From: an uncultured delta proteobacterium
GTDB lineage: Bacteria; Myxococcota_A; Polyangia; Polyangiales; Polyangiaceae
Assembly: GCA_963716725.1 (NCBI GenBank)
Contig: CAVQUB010000002.1
Location: forward strand, 128,001-192,000
DNA: 64,000 nt
Direction of reading: 5' to 3'
Shown here one piece after another: positions 48,953-58,627 of the stretch (position 1 is its first letter; each line of letters opens with the position of its first letter). The notes below the pieces were generated by a model. It was not told where the DNA came from. It was given only the letters and a program-made list of their open reading frames with translations, and did not search any database. The position numbers were made by a program, and so were the translations under genes.

Positions 48953-49076
48953 GCGGCGAGGCGACGGCCTTAGCAGCAATCGGCGGCTCAGTCACCGGCT
49001 CGCGCGCAGGGGAACTTGGCCCAGGCCCGCACCCTCTGGCATCGACTGGACCCCAATGGACGGTCGAGGATTTCCC

Positions 49077-49511
49077 ATGGGCGAGCGCCCGGAGCGGCGC
49101 GCAGCACGGCGGGCAAACACCCTCAGCGCCCTCGACGAGCTGCTGGACGCCGTCCGGCGCAACAGCGACTTCCGGGCCCTGGCCGTGGCGGACTCCGCGG
49201 GGGTGCTGGTGGCAGGCTCGGGAGCCTTCGCGGAGTGCGAGGAGCTGGCCGCGTGGGCCCCGTTGGCGACCCGGCAAGCCGCCAAGGACGACCCTTCGAA
49301 GTCCCAGAAGGGGGACGACCCTTCGAAGTCCCAGAAGGGGGACACCGTGCCGACGCGCCTCGAGGTCGTGGCCCGCAAGATGCTAGTCCGGCGCCTGACC
49401 ATCGACGGCATCGAGGTCCTGCTCTGCGGGCACGGCGGGCAGAGCGACGCCCTGCGCCGCGCCGCCGTCGGCTGCGCGCGGATCCTGGGCCAACGGCGCC
49501 ACCCGAGCTGA
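49077..49511 (+). CDS. Hypothetical protein, possibly roadblock/LC7-like, with a 2x9-aa insertion
   Basis: ALAVADSAGVLVAG motif typical of roadblock folds; DDPSKSQKG x2. Confidence 0.55.
   Translation: MGERPERRAARRANTLSALDELLDAVRRNSDFRALAVADSAGVLVAGSGAFAECEELAAWAPLATRQAAKDDPSKSQKGDDPSKSQKGDTVPTRLEVVARKMLVRRLTIDGIEVLLCGHGGQSDALRRAAVGCARILGQRRHPS
49287..49343. repeat. Perfect 27-bp tandem duplication in a coding region
   Basis: GACGACCCTTCGAAGTCCCAGAAGGGG x2 followed by GAC. Confidence 0.95.
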
Positions 49512-49568
49512 AGCTCTCCCGAGCCGTGGGTCGCGCACCCCGGGTGGGTCGAGTAGGCTCGGCGCGAC

Positions 49569-50291
49569 ATGCGCGGCTACGTCGACCTACACTGCCACTG
49601 GATCGCCGGGATCGACGACGGCGCCAAGACCCCTGAGGACGGCGTCGCGATGCTGCGCGCGCTGGGGCAAATCGGCTTCGATCGCGTGGTCGCCACGCCA
49701 CACATGCGGCCCGGCCTCTTCGACAATACCCGCGACACCTCCCGAGCTGCATTCCAGCGAATGCTGCCCCACCTGGCGTCCGATCTGCCGCAAGTCGATC
49801 TCTCCACGGAGCACTACTTCGACGACGTCGTCTTCGGTCGAATCATGGACGGCGATGCGCTGCCTTACCCCGGAGAGCGTGCGATCCTGCTCGAGTTCTA
49901 CGAGAGCGATTTTCCCATCAGCATCGACCGTCGCCTGGCCGACATCCGGGTCAAGAAGCAACTCATCCCGGTGATTGCCCACCCGGAGCGCTATCAGCGC
50001 ATCTGGCGCGACCCCGACGTGCTCGAGCGCCTGATCGACGGCGGAGCCGCAGCCTTGCTCGACACGGCCGCGCTCGTCGGCAAGTACGGGCGGAAGCCCA
50101 AGCAGTCGGCGGAGGCCCTGCTCGAGCGCGGTCTCTATCACGCGGCGTGCAGCGACGCCCACCGGGTCTCCGACCTCGCCGAGGTCGCCGCAGGGATCCG
50201 GCGCATCGAGGAGCTCCACGGTCCGGAGGAGGTCGATTTCCTGCTCCGTTCGGGCCCGCTCGAGCTACTGAGCGGCCGGATCCCCGAATGA
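49569..50291 (+). CDS. PHP-family tyrosine phosphatase (CpsB/CapC-like)
   Basis: DLHCH..GIDDGA, ATPH, IAHPERY, SDAH. Confidence 0.9.
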   Translation: MRGYVDLHCHWIAGIDDGAKTPEDGVAMLRALGQIGFDRVVATPHMRPGLFDNTRDTSRAAFQRMLPHLASDLPQVDLSTEHYFDDVVFGRIMDGDALPYPGERAILLEFYESDFPISIDRRLADIRVKKQLIPVIAHPERYQRIWRDPDVLERLIDGGAAALLDTAALVGKYGRKPKQSAEALLERGLYHAACSDAHRVSDLAEVAAGIRRIEELHGPEEVDFLLRSGPLELLSGRIPE

Positions 50292-51373
50292 CCGACGGAC
50301 CGAGCAGCTGGCTCAAGCGCCACTGGCTCAAGCTACTGGCCTCGCTGCTCGTGGCAGGCGGATTCGTGTGGCTGCTGCGTCAAGGCGCGCTGCCCATCGT
50401 GCCGCCGGCCAGCGCCTTCTCCAAGATGCGCTGGTGGACGCTGCCCGCGTACGTGCTGATCTGGTCGGCCATCCACGTCCTGCGCGCCGTCCGCTGGCAG
50501 TTTCTGCTCGCGCCCATTCACCCGATCCCGCTACGGCGCGTGGTGTCGGTGGCCTGGATTGGATTCGCGGCGATCTTGCTCCTGCCGTTTCGCACCGGAG
50601 AGGTGGTGCGTCCGGTCTTGATTCGCAAGCAGGGACAGCTCTCGGCGTGGGCCGCCACCGGGACGGTGGGGGCCGAACGCGTGATCGACGGCTTCTGCAT
50701 GAGCGTGATGCTCCTGGTGGCGCTGCTGCTGTCCAAGCCCCTCGATCCGCTCCCGAGGTCCATCGGCGCGCTGCCCATTCCAGCGGCAGTGGTACCGGGC
50801 GCCGCCTACAGCGCGCTCGCCGTGTTTGCAGTTGCGTTCCTCGTCATGGGCGTCTTCTACTGGCGCCGCGATCTGGCCCGCTCACTCACCGAGCGCGTGG
50901 TCGGGGTCGTGTCGAAGAAGCTGGCTCTGTGGCTGGCCGAACGCGTGGAAAAAGTCGCGAGCGGGCTCTCGTTTCTGCCCAAGTGGCGCTACGCCGCGCC
51001 CTTTCTGGCTGCGACCGTCAGCTACTGGCTGCTCAACGCGGCGGCTTCGTGGCTCCTGGCCTGGGGCGCGGGCTTCGATCAGATCACTTTCGCCCAAGCC
51101 TGCGTGAGCATCGGCGTCCTGGCGCTGGGCATCTTGGTGCCGAACGCGCCGGGGTTCTTCGGCGCTTTTCAGATCTCGGTCTACGCGGGCCTGGCCATGT
51201 ACTTCCCCGCCGAGCTGGTGGTGGGGCCGGGCTCGGCCTTCGTGCTGTTGATCTACGCCTCGCAGGTCACCATCACCGCCGCCGGGGCCGGCCTCGGCCT
51301 GCTCATGGAACGGACGACGGTCGGGGAGGCGCTCGCCGCTCGAAGTGAGGATCTCGGGGACGAAGCGGGCTGA
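50288..51373 (+). CDS. Lysylphosphatidylglycerol synthase TM / flippase-like membrane protein
   Basis: RAVRWQFLL, LPFRTGEVVRP, ERVID, PNAPGFFG. Confidence 0.85.
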   Translation: MTDGPSSWLKRHWLKLLASLLVAGGFVWLLRQGALPIVPPASAFSKMRWWTLPAYVLIWSAIHVLRAVRWQFLLAPIHPIPLRRVVSVAWIGFAAILLLPFRTGEVVRPVLIRKQGQLSAWAATGTVGAERVIDGFCMSVMLLVALLLSKPLDPLPRSIGALPIPAAVVPGAAYSALAVFAVAFLVMGVFYWRRDLARSLTERVVGVVSKKLALWLAERVEKVASGLSFLPKWRYAAPFLAATVSYWLLNAAASWLLAWGAGFDQITFAQACVSIGVLALGILVPNAPGFFGAFQISVYAGLAMYFPAELVVGPGSAFVLLIYASQVTITAAGAGLGLLMERTTVGEALAARSEDLGDEAG

Positions 51374-51426
51374 GGGCGACCCGGAAACTTGGCCGGACCG
51401 TCGCCTGAGCGTTACCGAAGCAAACC

Positions 51427-51888
51427 ATGAAGACGGCCAGCGCCGGGTGGCTCGGGGCGGGTATGCTCGTGGCGCTGGCCGCGGTCCTTTCGAGCTCGGG
51501 CGCGGCGGCGCGGATCGAAGCCGACTCCGACTACAGCAAGGCGCAGACCTACAACGGAGCGCTGCGCTACGTTCGCGTGGATCTGGGCTTCGAGATCGTG
51601 GAGAAGGACCCCGAGGTCGGCTACTTCCTCTTCCGCTACGAACCGCCGGGGCGGAAGAACCACCCGACCAGCGGATCCATCGAGGTCATCGAGAGCCAGG
51701 AGCGCGTGAAGGTCGTAGTCCAGCTCCCGCAGATGCCCACCTACCACGAGACGACGATCCGGGACGGCTTGTTGAAGAAGCTCCGCAGCGAATACGGCGA
51801 GCCGCCGAAGAAGAAGAAGAAGAAGGACCAAGACAAGCCGCCGGAAGCTGACGGCGGTGTCGACGGCGGGTCGGTCTTCGCCCCGTGA
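51427..51888 (+). CDS. Secreted hypothetical protein
   Basis: Signal peptide; ALRYVRVDLGFEIVEKD; Lys-rich tail. Confidence 0.65.
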   Translation: MKTASAGWLGAGMLVALAAVLSSSGAAARIEADSDYSKAQTYNGALRYVRVDLGFEIVEKDPEVGYFLFRYEPPGRKNHPTSGSIEVIESQERVKVVVQLPQMPTYHETTIRDGLLKKLRSEYGEPPKKKKKKDQDKPPEADGGVDGGSVFAP

Positions 51889-53063
51889 GCGCGCCGGACG
51901 AGCCGAGTGCCGGAACGCTGCCCGAGATGGTCGGGCGCTATCGTGTGCTCGGTTCGCTGGGCCACGGCTCCATGGGCCGAGTGCTCCAGGCGCGTGATCC
52001 CAATCTCGATCGGGACGTCGCGGTCAAATTGTTGCGCGAGGATCTCAAGCTCGCGGAGCCCGAGCGTCACACGCTGCACGAGCGCATGCGTCAGGAAGCG
52101 CGAGCCAGCGCACGGCTCACGCATCCGAACATCGTGGCGCTCTACGACATCGGCGACGAGCCGGCGCTGGGCATCTACCTCGTATTCGAGTACGTCGAGG
52201 GGCCGACGCTGGAAGAACGCGCGGCCGGATCCCCGCTGGGCGCAGCGGCGGCAGCACGACTCAGCCGTGAACTCGGCAGCGCGCTCGGCGCGGCCCATCG
52301 CGCGGGCATCATCCATCGCGACATCAAACCCGCCAACGTGATCCTGGCGGCTACTGGGGGAAAGATCGCCGACTTCGGCATCGCTCGCATTCCCGGCTCG
52401 ACCTTGACCCGAGATGGTCGCGTGCTCGGCACGCCGGCCTACAGCGCGCCCGAGGCCATCGAGACGGGTGAGCTGACAGCGGCATCCGATCAGTTCTCAC
52501 TCGCGGCCACCATGTACGAAGCCGTGTCGGGTCGCCGCGCGTTTCCGGGTGACGACGCGGTCACCGTCGCAAAGCTCATCACCACCAGCGAGGCCTCGCC
52601 AATTGCCTCGGATGCAGGACTCGACCCGCACGTCGATGCCGTGCTGGCCCGCGCAATGGCGAGAGTGCCGAGCCGTCGCTTCGCCTCCGCGGAGGACTTC
52701 GGTGACGCCCTGGCCGAAGCGCTACTGCTCGCGCCCCGGGCCGCCATGCCGACGGTGCCGGATCTGCGGCGCCGCGACGCACACGACGCCCGCGCGAGCC
52801 GCCGAGACCTGCTGGTGCTCGGGCTCGGCATGGTGCTCGGTGCAGCGCTCACCGCTGCGCTCTTCTTGCTCTTGCCGGATCGCAGCCCCGGGGGTGGACT
52901 TGCGCCGGCGGTGGTGCCAGGCCCTCTCGACCTCGCCGATGGCGGGACGCCGACGGAGACTTCCCCGGGGGCGCCCCGCCGCTCGGAAGCGCCGGTGCCG
53001 CCCCGCCCGCGAGTTTCGCCGCCGTCCGCCCCGAGCCCGGCGGACCCCAGCGGCGATCTCTGA
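51885..53063 (+). CDS. Hanks-type Ser/Thr protein kinase with TM segment
   Basis: LGHGSMG, VAVK, HRDIKPAN, DFG, GTPAYSAPE. Confidence 0.93.
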   Translation: MSAPDEPSAGTLPEMVGRYRVLGSLGHGSMGRVLQARDPNLDRDVAVKLLREDLKLAEPERHTLHERMRQEARASARLTHPNIVALYDIGDEPALGIYLVFEYVEGPTLEERAAGSPLGAAAAARLSRELGSALGAAHRAGIIHRDIKPANVILAATGGKIADFGIARIPGSTLTRDGRVLGTPAYSAPEAIETGELTAASDQFSLAATMYEAVSGRRAFPGDDAVTVAKLITTSEASPIASDAGLDPHVDAVLARAMARVPSRRFASAEDFGDALAEALLLAPRAAMPTVPDLRRRDAHDARASRRDLLVLGLGMVLGAALTAALFLLLPDRSPGGGLAPAVVPGPLDLADGGTPTETSPGAPRRSEAPVPPRPRVSPPSAPSPADPSGDL

Positions 53064-53111
53064 CGGACGGGAAGGCAGCGAGGTCCAGATCGAGCTATGG
53101 TGTGCGCCCGC

Positions 53112-53684
53112 ATGACGTCGCGACACCTCTTTGCCTGGCTGTTCGTCCTCGCTTCGACCGCTCTGATGCTGATGGCCTGTTCGTCGAGCAGCGATGCCGG
53201 CGGCGGCTCCGGCGACGGAGGCTACGCCTGCACCCAGGCGCCCAACTGCGGCGAGTGCCAGGCTTGTTTCGACAGCTGCTTGTGCAACGGCGGCGACGCG
53301 CCGAGTTGCCTGCTCCAGTGCACGGGCACTGGCTCCGGCGGGACTTCGGGGACCGGGGGAGCGCCCGGGGGCGGCGGGGCGACGGCGGGCGGGGGTGCGC
53401 CCAGTGGCGGCGGCGGTGGCGGCGGTGGCAGCTGCACGCAGCTCACGACCGGGAACCCCACCTGCGACGCCTGCGCGCATTCGACCTGCTGCGCGCAGAT
53501 CGACGCCTGTCTCACCAATTCCGCGTGCACGGGGTTCCTGAGCTGCATCAGCCAGAATTGCCAGAACGCAGGCTCCAACCTGAATGCCTGCGCGCAGCAG
53601 TACTGCTCGCAGTACAGCGCGGGGATCAACGCGTACAACACGCTGGCCCAATGCATCGGCCAGAGCTGCGCAGGCTCGTGCTGA
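53112..53684 (+). CDS. Cys-rich lipoprotein with Gly-rich linker
   Basis: Lipobox LMAC; repeated CxxC/CC motifs in two modules. Confidence 0.75.
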   Translation: MTSRHLFAWLFVLASTALMLMACSSSSDAGGGSGDGGYACTQAPNCGECQACFDSCLCNGGDAPSCLLQCTGTGSGGTSGTGGAPGGGGATAGGGAPSGGGGGGGGSCTQLTTGNPTCDACAHSTCCAQIDACLTNSACTGFLSCISQNCQNAGSNLNACAQQYCSQYSAGINAYNTLAQCIGQSCAGSC

Positions 53685-53694
53685 GCACTTCCCG

Positions 53695-54645
53695 ATGAGA
53701 GGTCGCGCGGCCCGGATGGCGCCGTGCGCATTGGTCGTGGCCCTCGGCGCGCTCATGCCCCGGGCGCACGCCGAGTCCCGCCTCGCTGGGCCGGCGTCCG
53801 ATCCCTTCGTGTCGCGACGACCGGCAGAAGCAGCCATCACCGGCGGGGTCGTGACGCTTCGGCAACCCGCCTCGCAGATGATCCGGGTCCCCGCCGGCAG
53901 CTTCGACATGGGCTCCACCCCCGAGGACGTTCTCGACGCGCTCACCGACTGCGCGCGTGAGCCCCTCGGCGGGAGGTGCCGGGAGGAGATGTTTTCCGAC
54001 GAGATGCCCCGGCACAAGGTCGAGCTGTCGTCTTTTTGGCTCGATCGGATGGAGGTCACCGTGCGCGACTACGCGCGCTGCGTCGCGCTCCGCCGCTGTC
54101 GCGCGGCCCCCTTCGAGCAGGGCGGGAAACGCTTCGACCGACCCAGCTTTCCGGTGACGTTGGTCCGGCACCCCGACGCGCGAGCCTACTGTCGCTTCAG
54201 AAGTGCGCGACTGCCCACGGAAGCAGAGTACGAACGGGCGGCACGCGGCGCGCGCGGACGCCGCTACCCTTGGGGCAATCTCTACAACTCACGCGTCGCC
54301 AACCACGGCCGACTCGGCCTCGACAGCACCGACGCGCAAGATGGTTTCGCCGAACTCGCTCCCGTGGGCTCGTTTCCCTCGGGCCGCACGCCGGCAGGGT
54401 TCCTGGATTTGGCGGGCAACGTCGCGGAGTGGACCGCGGATCGCTACGCGCCGAGCTACTCGAGCGGCGCCGCGGTCGATCCCAAGGGCCCCGCCCTCGG
54501 CGCCGGCACCAGCGGCTACGTGGTGCGGGGCGGGCACTTCTCCAGCGCCGCGCCGTGGATGCGAGGGGCATCGCGCGCCAGCGCGGAGCCAGAGGCGCGC
54601 TCCCCGTCCCTGGGCTTTCGCTGCGCGCGCACGGCCCGGCGATGA
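53695..54645 (+). CDS. FGE-sulfatase (SUMF1/PvdO-like) domain protein
   Basis: F.MGS, EMPRHKV, RLPTEAEYERAARG, YPWG, DLAGNVAEW, LGFRCA. Confidence 0.9.
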   Translation: MRGRAARMAPCALVVALGALMPRAHAESRLAGPASDPFVSRRPAEAAITGGVVTLRQPASQMIRVPAGSFDMGSTPEDVLDALTDCAREPLGGRCREEMFSDEMPRHKVELSSFWLDRMEVTVRDYARCVALRRCRAAPFEQGGKRFDRPSFPVTLVRHPDARAYCRFRSARLPTEAEYERAARGARGRRYPWGNLYNSRVANHGRLGLDSTDAQDGFAELAPVGSFPSGRTPAGFLDLAGNVAEWTADRYAPSYSSGAAVDPKGPALGAGTSGYVVRGGHFSSAAPWMRGASRASAEPEARSPSLGFRCARTARR

Positions 54646-55208
54646 GAGCCGAGGACTTCCCCGAAGACACTCCCACCCCGGAGTTGGTCCTGCCGGTACA
54701 CGGCGCCACGACCTTCGTGCTGGTGCGCCCGCACTACCCGGAGAATGTCGGGGCCACCGCGCGCGCCATCAAGACCATGGGCTTCGTGCAACTCGCGCTG
54801 GTCAAGCCCGGCCGACTTGCCACGCCACAGCACGAGATGGCATTGAAAATGGCCGTCAAGAGCAAGGACGTCCTGCTGAACGCGCCGGTACACTCCGAAC
54901 CGCACGCCGCCGTGAGCGGCGCGGATTGGGTCGTGGGCACGACGTCGCGGCGGGGGGTGTCCGGCGTGCTCTTGCCGCGGGCTCTCGCCCAGAGGGCGGT
55001 CGAGCGGGCCGCGCGCGGCGAAAAGATGGCGCTGCTCTTCGGGAACGAGAAGACCGGGCTGGGCGAGGCGGAGCGGGCCCTTTGTCATGATTTCGTCCGG
55101 ATCCCGATGGCCGCCGATCAGCCGTCGGTCAACCTTGCCCAGGCGACGCAAATCATCGCCTACGAGCTCTTCGTCGCGGGCCTCGAGGCACGAAACCGAG
55201 GGACCTGA
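54642..55208 (+). CDS. TrmJ/LasT-family SPOUT RNA methyltransferase
   Basis: LVRPHYPENVGATARAIKTMG, LFGNEKTGL, SVNLAQA. Confidence 0.88.
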   Translation: MRAEDFPEDTPTPELVLPVHGATTFVLVRPHYPENVGATARAIKTMGFVQLALVKPGRLATPQHEMALKMAVKSKDVLLNAPVHSEPHAAVSGADWVVGTTSRRGVSGVLLPRALAQRAVERAARGEKMALLFGNEKTGLGEAERALCHDFVRIPMAADQPSVNLAQATQIIAYELFVAGLEARNRGT

Positions 55209-55235
55209 CCCCCTGGTTTGATAGTCTTCGGCCCC

Positions 55236-56267
55236 ATGCTCCCCGTCGACCTCCGCTCGGACACCGTGACCAAACCGTCGGCAGCGATGCGGCGCGCGAT
55301 GGCCGACGCCGAGGTGGGAGACGACGTCTACGGCGAGGACCCCACGGTCCAACAGCTCGAGCGCCGCGTCGCCGAACTGCTCGGAAAGGAGCGCGCCCTG
55401 TTTGTGCCCTCGGGCACCATGGCCAACCAGATCGCGCTCATGCTGCACACGCGTCCTGGCGACGAGGTCGTGATCGGCGAAGGGACACACTGTGCGGAGT
55501 TCGAGTCTGGAGCAACAGCGGCGCTGTCCGGTGTTCAGCTGGCGGTCGCGGGGCGAGGCGGCTTGTTCGACGTCGACGATCTCGAAGCGGCGATTCGCCC
55601 GAGCGCGTACTGGCTCCCCAACACCAGCGTGCTGGTGGTCGAAAACACTCACAACCGGGGCGGCGGCCGCGTATTTCCTCTCGCGACGCTACGCGCGGTG
55701 TGCGACCACGCCCGGACGCGGGGCCTCGCCATCCACCTCGACGGAGCACGCCTTTGGAACGCGAGCGCCGCCAGCGCCGTGAGCGCAGCGGACTTCGCGC
55801 GCGGGGCCGACACCGTCAGCGTCTGCTTCTCGAAGGGTCTCGGAGCGCCGGTCGGATCGGCGTTGGCCGGCCCCGCGGAGCTCATGCTGCGGGCGCTCCG
55901 GCTGCGTCGGATGCTCGGCGGCTCCATGCGTCAGAGCGGGATCTTGGCGGCGGCGGCGCTGTTTGCGCTGGACAAGAACCGCGGACGCCTCCCCGAAGAT
56001 CACGCCAATGCCCAGGTGATCGCCCGGGCGCTCGCCGGCCTCCCGGGCTGCCGAGTCGACCCCGCCACCGTCGAAACCAACATCGTGAACATCGGGCTCG
56101 ACGGACCGAGCACCGATCGGGTCATCGCCGCTGCGAAGGAGCGAGGGGTCTTGATCAGCAGCATTGCGCCGCGGACTCTGCGCGCCGTCACCCACCTCGA
56201 CGTCACTCCGGAGGGCGCCGAGCACGCCGGAGCCGTCCTGGCCGAAACCATCACGGACCTTCGCTAG
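55236..56267 (+). CDS. ltaE: Low-specificity L-threonine aldolase
   Basis: [43 protein letters not shown]. Confidence 0.93.
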   Translation: MLPVDLRSDTVTKPSAAMRRAMADAEVGDDVYGEDPTVQQLERRVAELLGKERALFVPSGTMANQIALMLHTRPGDEVVIGEGTHCAEFESGATAALSGVQLAVAGRGGLFDVDDLEAAIRPSAYWLPNTSVLVVENTHNRGGGRVFPLATLRAVCDHARTRGLAIHLDGARLWNASAASAVSAADFARGADTVSVCFSKGLGAPVGSALAGPAELMLRALRLRRMLGGSMRQSGILAAAALFALDKNRGRLPEDHANAQVIARALAGLPGCRVDPATVETNIVNIGLDGPSTDRVIAAAKERGVLISSIAPRTLRAVTHLDVTPEGAEHAGAVLAETITDLR

Positions 56268-56268
56268 G

Positions 56269-57354
56269 ATGAGGCCGAGAGCGCTCGCGATCGTGCTCGT
56301 TGCCGTGGCGGCCTGTGCTCCCACGCTGCCAGCAGGCTTCACCGAAGAGCGCGCCGCAGCCGAGCGCGCCTACGCCGCAGGGCGCTACGACGAAGCGGCG
56401 GAGCACTGGCAGAAGGCAGAATCGGCGGCAACGCGGCGCCGCGACCAGACCGAAGCCCGCTACCGAAGGGCCGCGTCGCTGCGCCGCGCCGGGCGGCACG
56501 AAGCGGCGGCCTCGCTGCTGGGCGGGCTGGAGAGCTCGCGTCCAAAGAGCTCCCGGGCCGCGCGCGCGGCTTTCGATGGCGCAGACATCGAAATCGAACA
56601 TGGCAACGCGGAGCGGGGCTGGGCAGAGTTGGAGCTCGCGATTCGGAAATACCCGCGCTCCGGCCTCGCTCTGGCGGCGCTCGGGCGCCTGAGCCAGCAC
56701 CGCGAGGAGCGGACCGGCGCCGCGGCGGCGCTCGAGCTCTTGGCAGACCTCGGCGAACGCGGTGGCAGCGCCGAGCTCCGAGAGCTGGCGCTCTACGACC
56801 GCGGGCGCCTGCTCGAGAAACTCGGCCGCGAAGCCGAAGCGCTGGGCGCGTTTCTCGATACCGCGCGGCGCCACCCGTACCCGAAGGGAGCGCTGTGGGA
56901 CGACGCCTTGTTTGCCGCGTCGTTGCTCGAGGAAAAGCTGGGGCGCCCCGACCGCGCCATCGCCCACCTCGAGCGGATGCTCCGCGAGAAGGAGCCCTCG
57001 TCGCTCAATCAGGGTTCCTATCAGCGGCCGCGCTATGCCGGTGCGCGCTACCGCGTTGCCGAGCTCTACCGCGATCGCATGGCTGACAGGCCGCGCGCGG
57101 TTCGAGAGTTCCGGCGGGTCTGGGACGAGCACGCGACCAGTCTCTTGCGTGATGATGCGCTGTGGCAGGCCGCGCGCCTCGAGCGCGAGCAAGGGCACGG
57201 TGAGGCGGCTTGCGAACTACTGAAGCGCCTCGTCTCCGACGCGCCCGACTCCCGCTTCTCGCGCTGCGCCGACGCGCTCTGTCCGACCCTGCGCCCAGCC
57301 GAAGGCGCGTGCCACCCTTACGTGGTCCGCGACCTCCGCGGGCCCGACGGTTGA
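56269..57354 (+). CDS. TPR-containing lipoprotein
   Basis: Lipobox VAAC; TPR-like helices (DDALF, DDALW). Confidence 0.75.
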   Translation: MRPRALAIVLVAVAACAPTLPAGFTEERAAAERAYAAGRYDEAAEHWQKAESAATRRRDQTEARYRRAASLRRAGRHEAAASLLGGLESSRPKSSRAARAAFDGADIEIEHGNAERGWAELELAIRKYPRSGLALAALGRLSQHREERTGAAAALELLADLGERGGSAELRELALYDRGRLLEKLGREAEALGAFLDTARRHPYPKGALWDDALFAASLLEEKLGRPDRAIAHLERMLREKEPSSLNQGSYQRPRYAGARYRVAELYRDRMADRPRAVREFRRVWDEHATSLLRDDALWQAARLEREQGHGEAACELLKRLVSDAPDSRFSRCADALCPTLRPAEGACHPYVVRDLRGPDG

Positions 57355-57361
57355 GCGAGAC

Positions 57362-57772
57362 TCATTCGTCTTCGAACGACTCTTCTTCCTCTTTGTCTTT
57401 GTCTTTGTCTTTGTCTTCTTCGTCGTCTTCGTCTTCGTCCTCGTCTTCGAATTCGTCGGTCGACTCCGAGTCTTCTTCGTCGTCGTCCTCACCCTTCGGC
57501 TCGGTCTTCAAGTCGATTCCGACTTCGCCAAGCTGGGTTTCGAGCAGCTCGAAGAGCTCGTCCACGTCGTCGCCGTTCCACTCGTCGAGAACGTCCGTCA
57601 GAAACTCGTAGAAGTCTCCGGTATCGAGGCGTCTCTCGATTTCCTCGACCTGCTCTTCTTTGAACGCCTCGAGCACGTCCTCGCGCAGTGACTCGGAATC
57701 GCCCTCGTCGATGGCCTCCTGGGCAGACTGTCGAATTTGGCGAACGGCACGCCTGTCGAGGTAGATATCCAT
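57362..57772 (-). CDS. Highly acidic hypothetical protein
   Basis: MDIYLDRRAVR... 136 aa with a D/E-rich tail and KD repeats. Confidence 0.7.
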   Translation of the reverse strand: MDIYLDRRAVRQIRQSAQEAIDEGDSESLREDVLEAFKEEQVEEIERRLDTGDFYEFLTDVLDEWNGDDVDELFELLETQLGEVGIDLKTEPKGEDDDEEDSESTDEFEDEDEDEDDEEDKDKDKDKEEEESFEDE

Positions 57773-57899
57773 TTCAGCTCTGTTCTCCGTAAGCCAGCGA
57801 CCCCGGCAATAGACGATGCGCGCAAAGCAAGTCAAGGCCGGTCGGCGAGGTGCCTCGCCTCGGCCCCGCGACACCCCCGAACTGGGATATACGGAGTAC

Positions 57900-58553
57900 A
57901 TGGTGCGCCGCGCCGTGCCCTGCCTGATCGTGCTGGCCTGGAGTGCGTCCGCGCTTGGCGCCGAGGGCGCCGAGGGCGGCGAGCGCGCGGTGCTCCAGCC
58001 GTCCACCTTCGACTACCTGCAATACGGGGTGGCCTTTGTCGCCGAGACGGTGGCGGCCGCGGGAGACGTCTGCCCGGCCCAGGCGGTCGACCCTTGCATC
58101 TTTGGCTCCGGCGGCGGGCTGGCGGTCCGGGTCGGCTATCGATCCCGCGGAGCCTGGTACGTCGGCGGGGCCTACGAGTCCTCGCGGCACGAATCGTCGA
58201 ATCTGCTGCGACTAGCCATTTTGCAGCAGCTTCGAGCTGAGACCCGGCTCTACCTCGACGCCGGCGAGCTCTTCACGCCCTACGCGGCCGGAGGCGGAGG
58301 CGTGGCGCTCTACGGCAGCGAGTGGTCCTCCGACACCGGCGGCGTCACTGCCTTCCTCGGCGGCGGATTCGAGTTTCAGCTGAGCCGAACCGCCGTCGTG
58401 GGGCTCGCGGCGGCCTACCGGCCCTTCCTTTTCCGCGGCTGGACCGACAGGGCCAACCAGCGCCGGGCCGACCGCTATCTGGGCTTTGGCTTGGCCCATG
58501 TGCTGGCCGTTGAGGTGGTCTTGGAGATCCGCGACCCCCTCCCGCGCTGGTGA
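57900..58553 (+). CDS. Secreted/outer-membrane beta-barrel-like hypothetical protein
   Basis: Signal peptide, amphipathic strands; GGAG SD. Confidence 0.6.
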   Translation: MVRRAVPCLIVLAWSASALGAEGAEGGERAVLQPSTFDYLQYGVAFVAETVAAAGDVCPAQAVDPCIFGSGGGLAVRVGYRSRGAWYVGGAYESSRHESSNLLRLAILQQLRAETRLYLDAGELFTPYAAGGGGVALYGSEWSSDTGGVTAFLGGGFEFQLSRTAVVGLAAAYRPFLFRGWTDRANQRRADRYLGFGLAHVLAVEVVLEIRDPLPRW

Positions 58554-58627
58554 AGCCCCCGACGAATATTGGGTGAGGAGCTGAGAACCCTTGACGTCTT
58601 TGCGCCAGCGGAGTTCCGTTGGCCCCC

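Noticed and set aside
49287..49343. Possible CRISPR repeat
   Set aside because: Head-to-tail duplication with no spacer
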